Part shown: one piece after another, positions 39,259-52,621 of the stretch
Position numbering within the stretch: the first letter of the stretch is position 1
How the letters are laid out: each line of letters opens with the position of its first letter
Assembly: GCA_002633005.1 (NCBI GenBank)
Contig: NMRA01000030.1
Span: forward strand, 463,601 to 527,600
Origin: Phoronis australis
Taxonomy: Eukaryota; Animalia; Phoronida
Reading direction: 5' to 3'
Length of the DNA stretch: 64,000 bases
The notes under the pieces: model-generated
Seen by the model: the letters and a program-made list of their open reading frames with translations, nothing else
Told to the model about the DNA's origin: nothing
Database searches by the model: none
Translations under genes and position numbers: made by a program

Positions 39259-40576
39259 AACAAGAGCAACGCAGAGCGTTGAAATGCGCCCACGAATGCA
39301 TCGCAAATGGTGTGCTTTTAGGGTTGTTTATTTGTACCATTAAAATGGCCACTAGATGGTGCAAAATACGTCAAAGCTGTCTGAAAACCAAAAAAATGTC
39401 ATCGTTTCTTTAAAAGAAAGCCATTTACCAACTTTATTTAAAATTTGTCAAGGAACGCCAGAGAAACAGAGGAAAACAAAATAAACAAAATTGCCACTAG
39501 GGGGCACCGTGTTCATTGGATCCTTCTAAAAGTAGTCATCTTCTCTTATTAACTTCATATAAATTCATGTGCTAAATTTAATAAAGATCCAGCAGAGGCC
39601 TTAGTAGATAAAGGTATGGATGCAAAAAAAACAAAACCGCCACTGGCAGGCGCCACAGTCATCAAAAATCATCGGCAACCGTCCCCTTCATAGAAAGGAC
39701 GTATTACATGCCAACTTTCACAATCATCCTTAGAGTGGTTTGGTTGACAAAGGAACGAACACCACAAAACAGACTCAAAAACAACAAAAATGGCCACTAG
39801 GTGGCGAAAAAAAACTTGAATGAATTCGAATATGAATGGCTAGCGTCACCTCACTAATGGATGTCTATGTGCCAAATTTTGTGGAAATCTGTTAAGTACG
39901 TTTGAAGATATAGCGATAAACGTAAAAAACTAAAATTGCCACTAAGTGGCACACCGGTAGACCGATCTGTCCGAAAGTCATAGTCGTCTGTTGTCAACTA
40001 TATAAATATATATGCTAAATTTAATAAAGATCCTATAGAACATTTAGGAGATACAGCCATGGGCGTAAAAACAAAAAAACTGCCACTAGGTGGCGCCACA
40101 GTAGTCTAAGTCATCGGAAAATCATTGTCAACTGTCTTCTTCATAGTAAGACCACACATGCCAATTTTCACAATCATCCTTAGAGTGGTTTGGTTGTTAG
40201 AGGGGCGGATGCCAAAAAACTACTTGAAAACAGTAAAAATGTCCACTAGATGACCCAAAATCCATCAAAGCAATCCGAAAACGGGAGGATGGCGTCAACT
40301 CATTAATAGATGCCTATGTACCAAATTTCATGAAAATCGGTTGAAGATCTTTGAAGATACAGAGCCAAACGTAAGGAACTAAAATTGCCACTAGAGAGCA
40401 CAGCGGTATTCGGGTCGGTCCGAAACTAGTCGCCCTCTCTCGTAGACCCCACAGGAACACACCTGCCAAATTTCAATACGTTCAAGGGGTTTAAGAGATA
40501 CAGCCGCGGATGCCGGACGCCCAGACAGAGATGACAGCAATATGCAACCACATGTAAATATGTGGGCGCATAAAAA
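39259..40576 (-). mobile_element. HINE family-1 element, full length, 8 internal modules
   Basis: Same termini as 23514-25061; ccactag cores at 39349, 39494, 39640, 39794, 39939, 40083, 40243 and 40388. Confidence 0.85.
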
Positions 40577-42930
40577 TGAATGAGGCTCTTTTCATGCAAC
40601 GCCCCTAATAAGGACTAAGACCCTATTTATTTTCATTTACATAAGGGGTCAGTGTTTAGATAACTTATTAGAAAATGGCCTTGGGCCAAAGAGGAGATTG
40701 CGATTTAGGTCAAAAGATAAAAACCATAACATTTGTATGTAAACAAAGACACTGACACACGGAAGATTTAGGGAACTTAGGTGAGACCCTATTTTGGACT
40801 GTTTCATGCAACAGGAGACAGTAGGCTTGTAGAACCATTTCTGTAACCATTTCGGTGAATTGTATTTGGACTTTTTGACATCACAAACTATTGTACTTAG
40901 TAAAAGTTAATGTCCGCGTGTTTAAATTTGCACATTTCCCTGAGATGTGGCTTAACTTTTGGGTAATTCTGCAAACTGGATACAGAATAGACCCCCTGTC
41001 TAATACTGAGCCACTCCAATGACTTGTTTTTATTTTACTCCAACAGTTTCAAATTTTGTAGCTACGAACACAGTAACACTTTTTGACGGCTTCAATATCA
41101 ATCGACTCAACAAGACAAATTTTTAGCAACTATAAATTTTCATTAACCATATGTTATACCTGTCTCTTTCTAAAATATCCTTCCCAACTTGTCTTAGCAA
41201 AAGTTCGGGTATTCTTATCTATCAAATTTATGCAAAATTTTCTCCAAACATAAACATGCCTGACGCTGGTATATTGCTGAGTAATTAATCAGAACAATTT
41301 TTCATATTTTTGCTTCTCGATACTAATAGCATGAGTAATCCCCTTAAAACTTAGTTTGTTCAGAAAAAAATAATTAAAAAATTTCATCCTAACATCAAAT
41401 CTAAAATTGACTTCAGTTAGTTACAAGACAGCGTTAGATAACAATTTATCTCAAAATGCAAACAAAAATTAAAACAAAAACAATTATCACAAAACAAGTC
41501 TGGTCTGCACACCATCTGTTGGCCACACCACGTAACCTAATGTCCAACTAATTTTATGGAAAAATGTCAATGTCTGTTCACAAAGTCAGCTAGAGTAACC
41601 AAATCATGTGGCCCCTCATGGTGCTAAGGTGAGCTCAAGGACATCTAAAGTTACGTCGACTTTTTAATGTAAATTAAATTAATACCCTTCCACTAAAGTG
41701 ACGCTAAGATGGCTTTTGGGCAACGAATTTGTGTGTATTGTGAATGAGACGCTAACTGAAGGTGTCTGTAATATAAGTTGGCTTCCAGTTAGTCACCCCA
41801 ATGTTCTAGATATCTTCTGAAGACGCTCTTCCCAAGAAATCATGAAAAGCCTCACTCTTAACCACATTGAAAAGTGGCACGCACTTCCCTAGTGAAACTC
41901 AACACCCTTGTGCCAAATTTCACCAAAATACGAAGGGGAATTCTGAGATATCAAGTAGACAACTAGACAATCACTAGGGAGTGCTGCAGTGGTTGAATCC
42001 ACCTGTAAATGAAGTAGTCCTGGCCCATTGTCATCACACACGTGTGTAAAGTTTCATTGAAATCCATTGGCTCTCTAACATCATCCAGAAAATTCCCTTA
42101 AAATAATGAGAAGTACCTTGTCAAGACCAAAATGGCCACTAAGTGGTGCAGCAGCAATCCAATCTGCTCTGTGTCAGGTTTCATTGAACTCCATCTGTAG
42201 GTACTCTAGATATCATCCAGAAACCGTGTTCCCCAAACAACACGTCAAAAGCTCCTCGCAAAGAACAACATGGCCACTAGGAGGTGCTACAGTGGTCAAA
42301 TAAGCCCTAAAAATTAATGGTGTTGGTGCATTGACGTCATATACCTTTGCATCAATTTTCATCGAAATCCGGCAATCTGTTCTCTAGATTCCTATGGAAA
42401 CGCTTTTCCCCAAAAAGAAAACGAAAAAGCTATGCCNNNNNNNNNNNNNNNNNNNNNNNNNNNNNNNNNNNNNNNNNNNNNNNNNNNNNNNNNNNNNNNN
42501 NNNNNNNNNNNNNNNNNNNNNNNNNNNNNNNNNNNNNNNNNNNNNNNNNNNNNNNNNNNNCACACACACAACACACACACACGTACGCACACCTATAAAG
42601 TTATTTAAGAAATTTGATTCTTGGTAATTAAGTTTGTCAATTATCTCACACTCTCATAGTTATCTTTATGTCAGTTTGAGCCTCCACAAATCTCCTGCAG
42701 TCCTAATGTTCAGTATGAATACTAAAGTGGACGTGTAAAATGATACTTTCACAAAAATCAATATTACCCATACGGAAATTGACATTTATGAAAATGCTGT
42801 TAAAAAGCCAACGCCAAGTCGACATTTCATGCAGTACTAGTGTTAAGTTACAATCACGCAAATCAGTAGAAGGGAAAAACTATACATGCTCGACAAATTT
42901 TCATGAAATGCTTATTCAAGCCAACTTTAC

Positions 42931-43026
42931 CCCAATAATTCCCGAGACCAGCTTCTTGAACATGTCCTTACATTTCTTTTCACCAGATTTCCCAGCGACA
43001 ACGTGCAATGACATGTCATGGTAAGA
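42931..43026 (-). CDS. XPO5: XPO5 exon R (SYHDMSLHVVAGKSGEKKCKDMFKKLVSGIIG)
   Basis: atttcag/gtaaag boundaries, 96 nt; matches KRRKDQFKRLIAGCIG. Confidence 0.92.
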
Positions 43027-43295
43027 CTGAAATAAGACAATCTTTGTTATCAAAGTAATCAACAATTCTCTCAACTTCCACAGGAAACACTCACTTCAAT
43101 TCATTAATAAATGTCTCTTGTGAAGTCAATTCCGTCTTAAGTTCAATCTTCAATCTTTGAGAAGTTCACACATTCTGTGCAGCAGAAAAGCCATGAAATT
43201 TGTTGCGCTGGTCAGGACAATTAACAAAGCTGTCCTGGTTACTCATTGAACTCTCAAAAATATTTTCAGTACTGAAGCAAAGAAATAAAACAAAC

Positions 43296-43364
43296 CTTTA
43301 ATGTTTTTTCGTTGTATGTGGGAATTTGTTGTAGAAGCTGAGTGACATTAGGAAAGACAGGGAC
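43296..43364 (-). CDS. XPO5: XPO5 exon Q (VPVFPNVTQLLQQIPTYNEKTLK)
   Basis: ctttgtag/gtttgt boundaries, 69 nt; same length as and similar to RPRYLEIRAVMEQIPEIQKDSLD. Confidence 0.85.
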
Positions 43365-44561
43365 CTACAAAGAAACATTTTTCATTAGAACAATACAATT
43401 AAATATAAAAAACACATTTGACCAGTAACTCATGAAAGACAGCTAACAACACTTTTGTTTAGGAAGTTAAAGTACATTTGGCTCGTTTATTTGTCAATGT
43501 CGACTTCTTAACCGAAAGGCTTTGGGGTTTAAAAAGCACGCTCATACGATCTTGAATTGTTACCAAATTAACTGGCAACTTAAGTGACATGCACCATTTT
43601 CGAATTTACAATTTTAGGGTTGGCCAACCTCAACAGGAATTTTCCAAGAGTCACTTAAGGTTTCCATGTTTTATTTGGTAGCAGAAATAAAATCCAATCA
43701 CAGTAAGCAATAATATTATCAATTTTTGTTTTTTAGCTATCTACACAGGACGAAATGCAACTCTTAAGTTTTTTTAAACTAAAAGTAAAGCTGGAAGAGA
43801 TAACAATAGGGGCATATATGACAACTGTTGGAAAAGTATTACCACACCACATCTTTACTAACTAAACTGTCTCTTAAAACAACCACAGTAGCAATTGACT
43901 TAATATACATAAATCAGTTCCTAAAAGGCCCCCTGGCTTCTTCCTCAAAACTTTCAAAAGACTGCAAATGTATGCTATTTCCTAGGGAGGCTTAATAAAA
44001 ATTCCAGTAGAAACCCAAATCTCTAAATTTTAAAATCAAATTCCTATTTATAGCATTTCTCAATCATGATAGTCTCTGGTTCAACAAAGGGCCTTGAAAC
44101 ATTGCTTCCTTACTTCCTATCAATCACATGAACAAATTGAGATCACGCAGGGGAGATAAAATATAACTAAATACTATGCTCGCAGTCTACAAACCAACAC
44201 TGTATTGAAACTGGAGCGTCATAAGTGCATTTTCCTAGAGCCTGTTTCTCAAAGAATCCATTGGGTTTTGACTTTTGGCCAAAAAGCAGTCTGCATGAGG
44301 CTTAGCTGTGCCACGAGAACTGGGCTAAGGCTGCAAGTCAGACAACCTATCTACAACTTAAAAGACAAAAGACAAAAATCCATAGTCTTCTTGAATAGAC
44401 AGACGACAAAATGTTTCATAAAAGGCAAGACAAACAAAATCAACTTTAGGCTATCCACGGTCAGATTTCAGACTTTTGACTCATGTTAGAAGACAAAAAA
44501 ACAATAGTGTTGGAGAAACAATGCCCAGACCAGCCGGTTTAGTCAAGCAGGTAATGCTCAC

Positions 44562-44702
44562 CATAGTGTCATACATCTGCATAGCTAAAGTGACCAGCAA
44601 TGGTACAATAGACTCATGCTGGCCATGTAACTGTAGACCAAGGAATACACAGGTGAGTAGGTATGACCCTTCATCACTACTCAACAACTGTTGCTTCATT
44701 AG
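44562..44702 (-). CDS. XPO5: XPO5 exon P (LMKQQLLSSDEGSYLLTCVFLGLQLHGQHESIVPLLVTLAMQMYDTM)
   Basis: atttcag/gtgagc boundaries, 141 nt; GLQMHGQH motif. Confidence 0.94.
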
Positions 44703-44951
44703 CTGAAATAGAAAGTCACCATTATGACACAAGTACAACAAGCCAGTTATGTCATTGTGGTTCTGTAACTTGGGAAGACTAGAAAAATATTGTTATGCAA
44801 CTTGTGATAAAATGCAACCAGACTATTAACAAACATGCTTAGATATGTTCAGGTATTACTAAAAGAAATAAAACTGACCAATTTATGCCTACACAATCCA
44901 AAACTCTACTTTTCATCCTTAAATCACTACTGATTTAGCTCCTGCACCTAC

Positions 44952-45056
44952 CTGCTTAAACACGTGCCAGCAGAGAGTGAGAGATTTATGACAGGTTACA
45001 GTGTCGTTCCAGGACAGAGCGTTGAATATAGTCAATACTACGGGGGTACACAGAGC
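44952..45056 (-). CDS. XPO5: XPO5 exon O (ALCTPVVLTIFNALSWNDTVTCHKSLTLCWHVFKQ)
   Basis: ttatag/gtaggt boundaries, 105 nt; matches AFNSLAWKDTLSC...LCWPLLKQ. Confidence 0.93.
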
Positions 45057-46970
45057 CTATAATGACACAATGAGACAGTCCTCACTACAGCTTCGTCTTA
45101 TTCACCCTACCGTCGCCACTCTGACACAGGGAGGTAACATATAACATATAATTTTTGCTGAGGGGAAATCATTTTAAACTGAATTTTAGTTTAGACCTGA
45201 TTAAAGAATATCATCTTAATGTGATTACTACAATAACATGCAACAAACAGGTCTTAGTACCCAGTATATGATAACAAAACTGTTCCAAACCTATTAGTTC
45301 TTGACTGACCTGCATAAATAAAAAATTCACAAAACAATCAGCTATTTTTTCATCTTTTCAACTTAAAGGGGCACTTTGTCGCTGTTTAGTAGACAATTTT
45401 GAATTCTTGACTGAAAAGTTTTGTGTTTTAAAAACATTACAACAACTCCCATCGGATCTTGAATTGTTGCCAAGAAGCCGGCAACTCAACTAACAGGCAC
45501 ATGCACCATGTTCCAATTCACAATCATGGTTTCTATGTTCTTTCAGACAATGGATATAGAATCCTGTAACCCTTTTGACAGTAGGGAATATTACGAGACC
45601 GGTTTTACAAGAATAAAATGCCCATTTCAATTTTTGTGTTTTAGCCAGCTTAACAGGCTGAAATTCAGCTTTAAACCAGGACATCTTTCCTGTGGGTGTT
45701 TTTATTGATAGCAAGAAGTTCTGTGCAGTCTACAGATAAAGCCCATTACCCACCAAACCTTCTGAGAATCCTCACAGGTTTGTAACTGCCTATTGAACCT
45801 GTCTATTGTATGATTGTGAAGTTCCTCAACTAACCGAGTGAAAAAATAACCAGCAGCCAGCAAGTCAAACTTTTTAGGACGCCATTTATACCCTATTGTG
45901 ATGAAAAATCCAACAGTTATTTTCTTTCTTAAAAAAATCGTACAAGCTATTTTCTAAAAATTTGGGTTTAAAGCTTTTGTAAATTAGGCTTTAATTGCTC
46001 ACCGCTGTTTGAAACCAAATAAAATCACAATTAATCAAGCCTCGCCAACTCTAACAATAGATCAGCCTTGAACACATGTGGGATTGGAGCCCAAGGCTTT
46101 TGATGTAATGAGATATCACTTTCCTGGGGCTCTGGGGGTAAAAATTAAGGATACCTCAAACCTTATTCACAAAAATTGGCCATTTTTACAATATTTCACA
46201 CATATCTATCAAAATACCTTTCATTCCCAGGGCAATATATACCATGTAGCGAGAAATAAAAGATTAAGCAGAACCACCTTGGAACCGCACAACCGCGTAG
46301 AAATTTGTAACAGGGCTGTCACTCAAATCGAATCTCCCGCCAGACACAGAGAAGCTCCCTATGTACTTAATATTCATTCATCAATGTCAAAATCACTGTT
46401 ATAGGATTTTCGATATAAAGGCCTAGTTTTGCGTAATGTACCAAAGACGAATACGAGTGCTAGTTTTCACAAAATATCTTACGTTTTGCAAGTTGATTTG
46501 TTACAGAAACCAAATGAAAAGACTAATCGAAAATTCCTAACAGTGTTTTTGAGATAACTGGTGAAGTTTTCATTTAAAAAGATTTCATTAAAATCAACCG
46601 AGGGGTTATTTTGCCTATGAATGTACCTCTCCTAAAAATGAAATTTTGACTTAAAAGGTGTTAACGTAATAATAATATTGTTCAATAAATGTAAAATATA
46701 TTTTTATATTCCCTGATCTTTTTTCCTTCAGAAAATATATACTTTTACTAGTTGACAAAGCCTTTTTTGATATACGAGTTAGAATGGAGGCCACTAAAAA
46801 ATAAGGTTTGAGATCCTTACAGAAATGAGTGTAAAAGGTGTAACTGAATAATTTGTGGAATACACATTAGGAAAAACATGAAACTTTATGGTAAAATGTT
46901 TCAAGGATCCCATATTTTAATATAATTATCCAAAATAAAATTTATGGCCCAATTTCAACCAGTCCCTTAC

Positions 46971-47146
46971 ATTATCTGCCAACAGCAAAAGACCTAGAGT
47001 AGTCATAGACTCCTGACTACTAGAGTTCTGACTCTGGCCACTAGATGGTGCTGGTTCATCAGACTCCATTGTTGTCTCCCCTGTAACAATGGCGTCAGTC
47101 TCTTGCACAGTTGGGAACTTGGAAACCCTACGTAATATGAGAGACC
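46971..47146 (-). CDS. XPO5: XPO5 exon N (GSLILRRVSKF...ESMTTLGLLLLADN), acidic/Ser-rich loop
   Basis: atttcag/gtaagg boundaries, 176 nt, phase 1/0; ends in an ELTDLGKCL-like motif. Confidence 0.88.
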
Positions 47147-47661
47147 CTGAAATAATAATGATAATAACAATATCTATGACAACAGCATTTGTAAATAACG
47201 CACCGTACAATTTCTAAGAAAAATAATTGCCAAAATCGTCATTTTCCCAACTTTTAAACCCCAACAGCATTGTTGAGAATGGTCTAATTTCCTTGCATGT
47301 TTGTTGATGGTAATTGTACAATATATTGTTTGGAAAAGATGAAGCAAAATTTTCATCCTGTTTACTTATGTTGAAAATTGTGATAGAATAATTTTTCACT
47401 GCTCCACCATAACGTGTTCTAAATTTTCCTCTTTCTTTGCATTTTACCACTGGGACGAGTTCATTTTTGGGGCAAACTTTCATTCTCATTGTTGAAAAAA
47501 ATACAGTCTCTTTTGTTATATTCATTTGTGAATAAAAGTTTGTGCTCAGCAGCGTGAGGGGAAAACACATAAAAATTCTAATGTACATGTGTGCCATCAA
47601 GAGGGTGTAAAAGTTACAAGCTCCCACAGTTTCATGAGAACTTCTACACTGCTTGTCCTAG

Positions 47662-47750
47662 CTAAGAAATCCAGATAATCCTATCTAAGAAGTCCAGATA
47701 ATCCTCCGTAAGAAGTCCAGATAATCCTACCTAAGAAGTCCAGATAATCC
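47662..47750. repeat. 23-bp tandem repeat, 4 copies, spanning the XPO5 exon M donor
   Basis: ctaagaagtccagataatcct(a/c)n units start at 47662, 47685, 47708 and 47731. Confidence 0.92.
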
Positions 47751-47825
47751 CTGGTCAGTCTTCGTGTCAGTTGCTCTTCCAGGATTTCCTGTGACTCAGG
47801 ATCTACTTCATCATCTTGCTGAGAC
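47731..47825 (-). CDS. XPO5: XPO5 exon M (SQQDDEVDPESQEILEEQLTRRLTRDYLDFL)
   Basis: ttccag/gtagg boundaries, 95 nt; matches NPESQEMLEEQLVRMLTRE. Confidence 0.94.
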
Positions 47826-48497
47826 CTGGAAACACAACAGGTGTAGTCTGTCACACAAAAGGGAGAGCTTTAGAGAAGGTTGTGTCATTCCATACAGTTC
47901 TGGTGAGTACACAACACCACTACTGTCCTACCTATAGTCATCATTATCATAGAACTCTTTAGCAAAATAAGAGCATGAAAGTGACTTCCACTCGAACCGT
48001 TCTCAAATTTTGATGGACAACATATAATAGATATAGTTGAAACACGGCAGTATTTTACATGAGTCAAGAATGGTAGTTCAATAGCACAATCAACTCACTG
48101 TTAAGTTTTAAATCTCCAACCACATCAAATGTTAACACTAGGTGGCGCTAAGCATTTAACCACCACAAACTTTATCACCATCTCCTGATGTGCTACTAAA
48201 TCCGAAAATGACTATTACCATGAACCCATGCTACAAAATGACCCAAGAGGCCTTCAAGTTGGTGAAAAAACTCTAAGACTGATAATTTTTTATGGTTAAC
48301 ATTTGTACAACATGTTGTCATGCATTTTTGAAACTGCATGGATGAAATAAAACTATTGGCAGGTGCATTTTCCACATATAAGGGACACTAATTTATATGC
48401 AAACTCACTCCTAAGGCCTAAATTCAACTATTCAGTGTTAAGTGGTGGGCTGTGAGCAGTCTCTCATCTCCCTGAACTTGAGTTAAAGATAGGGAAT

Positions 48498-48778
48498 AAA
48501 TGTGGTGTGAAAGTGTTGAGGGCTTCCTTGGAGTGAATGTGGTATGAAATTGGGGAGAGCTCTCTAATGGAGTGAATGTGGTGATGGCTCTCATGTAGTG
48601 AATGTAGTGAGGGCCAACATGGAGTGAATGTGGTGTGAATTTGGGGAGAGCTCTCATGGAGTGAATGTGGTGTGAATGTGATGAGGGCTCTCATGCAGCG
48701 AATGTGGTGAGGGCTAACACGGAGTGAATGTGGTGTGAATTTGGGGAGAGCTCTCATGGAGTGAATGTGGTGAGAGCT
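48498..48778. repeat. Irregular minisatellite (ggagtgaatgtggtgtgaatttggggagagctctcat)
   Basis: Seen directly. Confidence 0.88.
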
Positions 48779-50395
48779 GTCACGCAGTGTTCTCCTGGAC
48801 CTGTTTTGACTCAACGCAGTAAGGAGTTTGGATTTTGCCGCATCGAGTTTGGGGAAAGCGCGTCAAGTTTAAAAACTGCCGCGCCAGGTATAAAACTTTT
48901 GACTGGCTTGGTACTTCAGCCCTCAGCATCTAATCAGAGCCCGATTTTACCAACATTGAACATAGTTCACTTTACAAAGAGGCAGTTAACAGTACCGTAT
49001 TCGCCGTAATAAGGCGCCGGGGCGCTTAGTAAAATTTGTTTAACGGGGAGGCGCTTATTGAACATTGTAACCCAAGGCAGTTGAAACCCGGTCTCCAAAA
49101 CGGGTGAAATTGGAAGCTAGGATTCATCAAATTTACGGTACGTGATGTATCTTTAGCCTATGACAGACTTTCTACAAAACGGTGATGCATTGCTATCAAA
49201 TTTCTTTGTTAAATTACGATCATTTTACTGAAAATTGTACTGAAATTCCGCTACGAAAACTCGCCGATGCGCCGCTGCCTCGCGATCGTCAACAGGGTAG
49301 CTTCAATAATAGCTTCGACTCAACAAATTACCTGAAATCCTCACTTAAGTTTTCCAAATAGCGTCCCAAAGATTTTAAGCACCTGTGGAGTCGGTATTAA
49401 GAACAATATAGGTTCAAAACAGCGCAAGATCGTACCCAGCAACATGAGAAAAATCTCTGGAAGAACACACGTCGTAATCACGTGACCTTTGTTTTGAAGA
49501 TCGTCTGCGTGTGTGAGTGAGCGAGCGCTTGCGTGTCATCAGCGTTCATTTGCCGGAGTAAATGTTATGTAGGCCTAACGATTTAGGTGTGCATTGTAAC
49601 TAAAGAAGTAACACAGGCAGTATCACGAGAACGTGTTTTATTTAGCACTTGCTGATCGCATCTACTGCTAAAACGTGCAAGAATTGTCTCGGTAGGGTCT
49701 AAGGTCGAATGACACTGAGTCGCCGGGTGACTGGATGTGTGACAGTCTGAGTTATTTCCCGGAAGATTCCGAGGCAAAGGTGTCCACTATCAGTGGGGCA
49801 TTTTATCAGGTATTTACTTTAAAAACACCAATTATGAATGCATTAAACAAGTGATTATTAAAGCAATCCCTCTTAAAAATAATGCAACAGTTTTTTACGG
49901 CATTAGAAACTTTCTGAAATTAGTGCCAATGTTTATTTCTTGCCGATATGCTACACGTAGTTTCATGGATAGTTCCCCAAGAGTAATGTTTGTGATGACA
50001 AATGACAGGTATGTAGCATGCACTTCCTGGCCACATGCTTTTAACAAGTTTTTTTATTCGTGAGACAGTCGTCAGCTGAATACTTTAGGCACTTGCAGTA
50101 TAATTCGCAGTTTTCACGTGTAGGCCGTACAGTGTCAAAAAGTAGGTCACACCTGACCAGTTCGGTGTACATTTTTGAAACATTAAACACCTCCAGTGGA
50201 GATGTTAATGCTATAGACTAGAGAAAAGACAGCGTTGACTACTAATATTGAACAGTAGAAATTTGCGTCGAGTTTGGAATTGGTATTGTGGAGATCACTG
50301 TCATGGAATAAAGGTGAAAAGCAATGTCCACGACAGAGAAAGTCATTAAACATTTATGAAAAACTAAAACTAGCAGAGTGAAAAGGCATACTTAC

Positions 50396-50442
50396 ATCGC
50401 TTCACATCTTTGATTCACCAACTGCCATTGTTCAGCTAGTTT
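50396..50442 (-). CDS. XPO5: XPO5 exon L (KLAEQWQLVNQRCEAM)
   Basis: tttag/gtaagt boundaries, 47 nt; matches RLSQKWQVINQR. Confidence 0.9.
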
Positions 50443-50639
50443 CTAAATATAACAATTGAATTAGAAACGATAACACAGAAATTCAGACAACTGAGCAACA
50501 GCTCTTGTTTTTAAACATGGTATACAATATCAACTTTCAAATTTTGCAAAAAAAAAATTATATAAACTATTGAAGTGCATGAGTGGCTTGAATGAAAACT
50601 TGGCTTTTGAAAGAAGATGCAGGATTATTGCCCTTTTAA

Positions 50640-52621
50640 AGGACAATGCCACCCAAAAAACAACCTATTTTGTATCAATTTACATCGAGTAGTTCTACTC
50701 GATAGCGGCACGTTCGGTTGCATTACCTGACATCTGACGGCAGACGGAGGTGTTGAAATTATCCAATCACGTCATTGGTTTCACACGCAGTCTGTTAAGC
50801 AATTCACAACACGGATTACTGGTGTCAGCTTATCGCTTGAATTCATCGCTTAACACCAATAAATCACAAAACTTAGATGTAAAACCCTTCAAAAAATACC
50901 GAGTTCTTATAAAAACGCGTTGTTTTATTTCACTTTTACGGATTTATTGGTATTTGGACACACTGTAGCCTACAAAGTTCAGCAGGCTAATTTACTAAGG
51001 TCCGTAGCAGGAGTTTGGGGTCTGTTCGGAGATAAATTCGAAGTATTCTTACGTGAAATACAGATAGGAGAACCTAGATCTGTGCTGTTTAGACTTGTGA
51101 TTTTTTGAGTTCTAAACATACAAAACACTTGTTATCCCGGCCAGTGGCTCAGAACCCGATCAGCCCGTAGCGGCCGCCTGGACTGGCACGAACATAACCA
51201 GCTTGAGTCGGAAACTAAACCTCCAGTCACGAAAAGACTATAATAGCGAGCCAAAGAAATTATGTGCACGTAATTGTTTATGTGAATTAGCCACGAAACT
51301 GAAAACCTAATTACTTGTCGGGGGCCGCGAAGTCGGGTTCCCCTTCCACAGACCGTCAGAACAAAGGCTGTACAGTAACCCCCTAACACATGACCACAGC
51401 ATATAAAATCAAGTAATTGTTTCACAACAGTTTTCTGTCAGCAAACACTGAATTAGCATGCGCTCACACGGCCTCAGTGCCCCATCAATTACCTTTATTG
51501 CCGGAATCAAAAGCCGGTAACGCAGTGGTTTATTCATTGCTGGCTTCTCAACATTTGCACTCACGAATACTGCAAAGGCATTACACATTGTATCTAATGA
51601 GACAGACTTTGTTTCAGTTTTATATAAGCATTGGTTGGGATGAGAATAATTCATTTTGAAACAGAACGCAGAATAATAAATGTGTACATGACAACTTGCC
51701 TGGCGCCAATCCCGACTTAGTCAAGAGCTCATCCCGGCGATTAAGACTTCACTGGTCGGATCGTTTTGGTTTCACAGCTATCATGTCGAATCGGAATACA
51801 CTGATCAAGAAATATTAGCGAGGCGCCGTGGACATGAACAGGCAACAGAACGTATGGATCAGTGGCAGATCTAGGATATCATAAGGGGGGCCCAACATTT
51901 TGCCAAGGGCAATTGTGCTTTACGATTGCATGTGAAAAATAGGGGTCTCGAATTTCTGGACCTCGTACTACGGGGACCTAACGGTGGATTAAAAAAAAAA
52001 CGGGAAGCCATTTGCGCAGGCCGTCGGAACGTGCTATGGGGTCCCCCCGACCTCAGCCGCATGTACTTGCGTTCAGCTCTGGGCCCTCTCCCCCGGACTA
52101 ATTAGTGGACTCAAAAAATGTCTCGCACTCTTGCTGTTTTATGGCAGCCAAGGGGGGGGGGGGGGNNNNNNNNNNNGGGGCGGCGGGCCACCTGGCCCCT
52201 CCTAAATCTATGAGGAATAGTTCTTTGGCAAGCCGAAATTCGTCAGAGAAATCACTGTCGACGAAATGATGGCCACAGACACGGAGATGTTTCATGGCTC
52301 ATACTTGCTAACAGCGTACCTGTCATTCTTCACAACTGCGAGCCACTTCCTAAGCACTTCGGGCTCTCGATTAACTCGCAAAAAAACAATATACCCGCTT
52401 TCTTCGCAGCTTCACAGTTCGGACAAGCGGGAACTACACACCGCAATATAGCAGCATTCACTCTGCAGACGAACCACTGACGTCGCTGCGTCGTTTCTCA
52501 CCTTCCTCACAGATTAACACGACACCTCTCGGCAAGGTGAGGTCGACCGTATAAGAGGCGATGTGGATATAGACCGATTAAGATGGTAAAAAAGACTAAT
52601 TAATTTGGGTGGCATTCTCCT
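50640..52621 (-). mobile_element. Kolobok-like non-autonomous DNA transposon with a THAP-domain remnant
   Basis: TIRs aggacaatgccacccaaa / tttgggtggcattctcct, TTAA on both flanks; frameshifted THAP (RCVVPACPN...LRKWLAVV...LRVCGHHFVDSDF) at about 52230-52450 on the minus strand. Confidence 0.78.

Noticed and set aside
52098-52450. Host THAP-domain gene
   Set aside because: Frameshifted, truncated by a MITE and enclosed by TIRs, so it is a transposon remnant.
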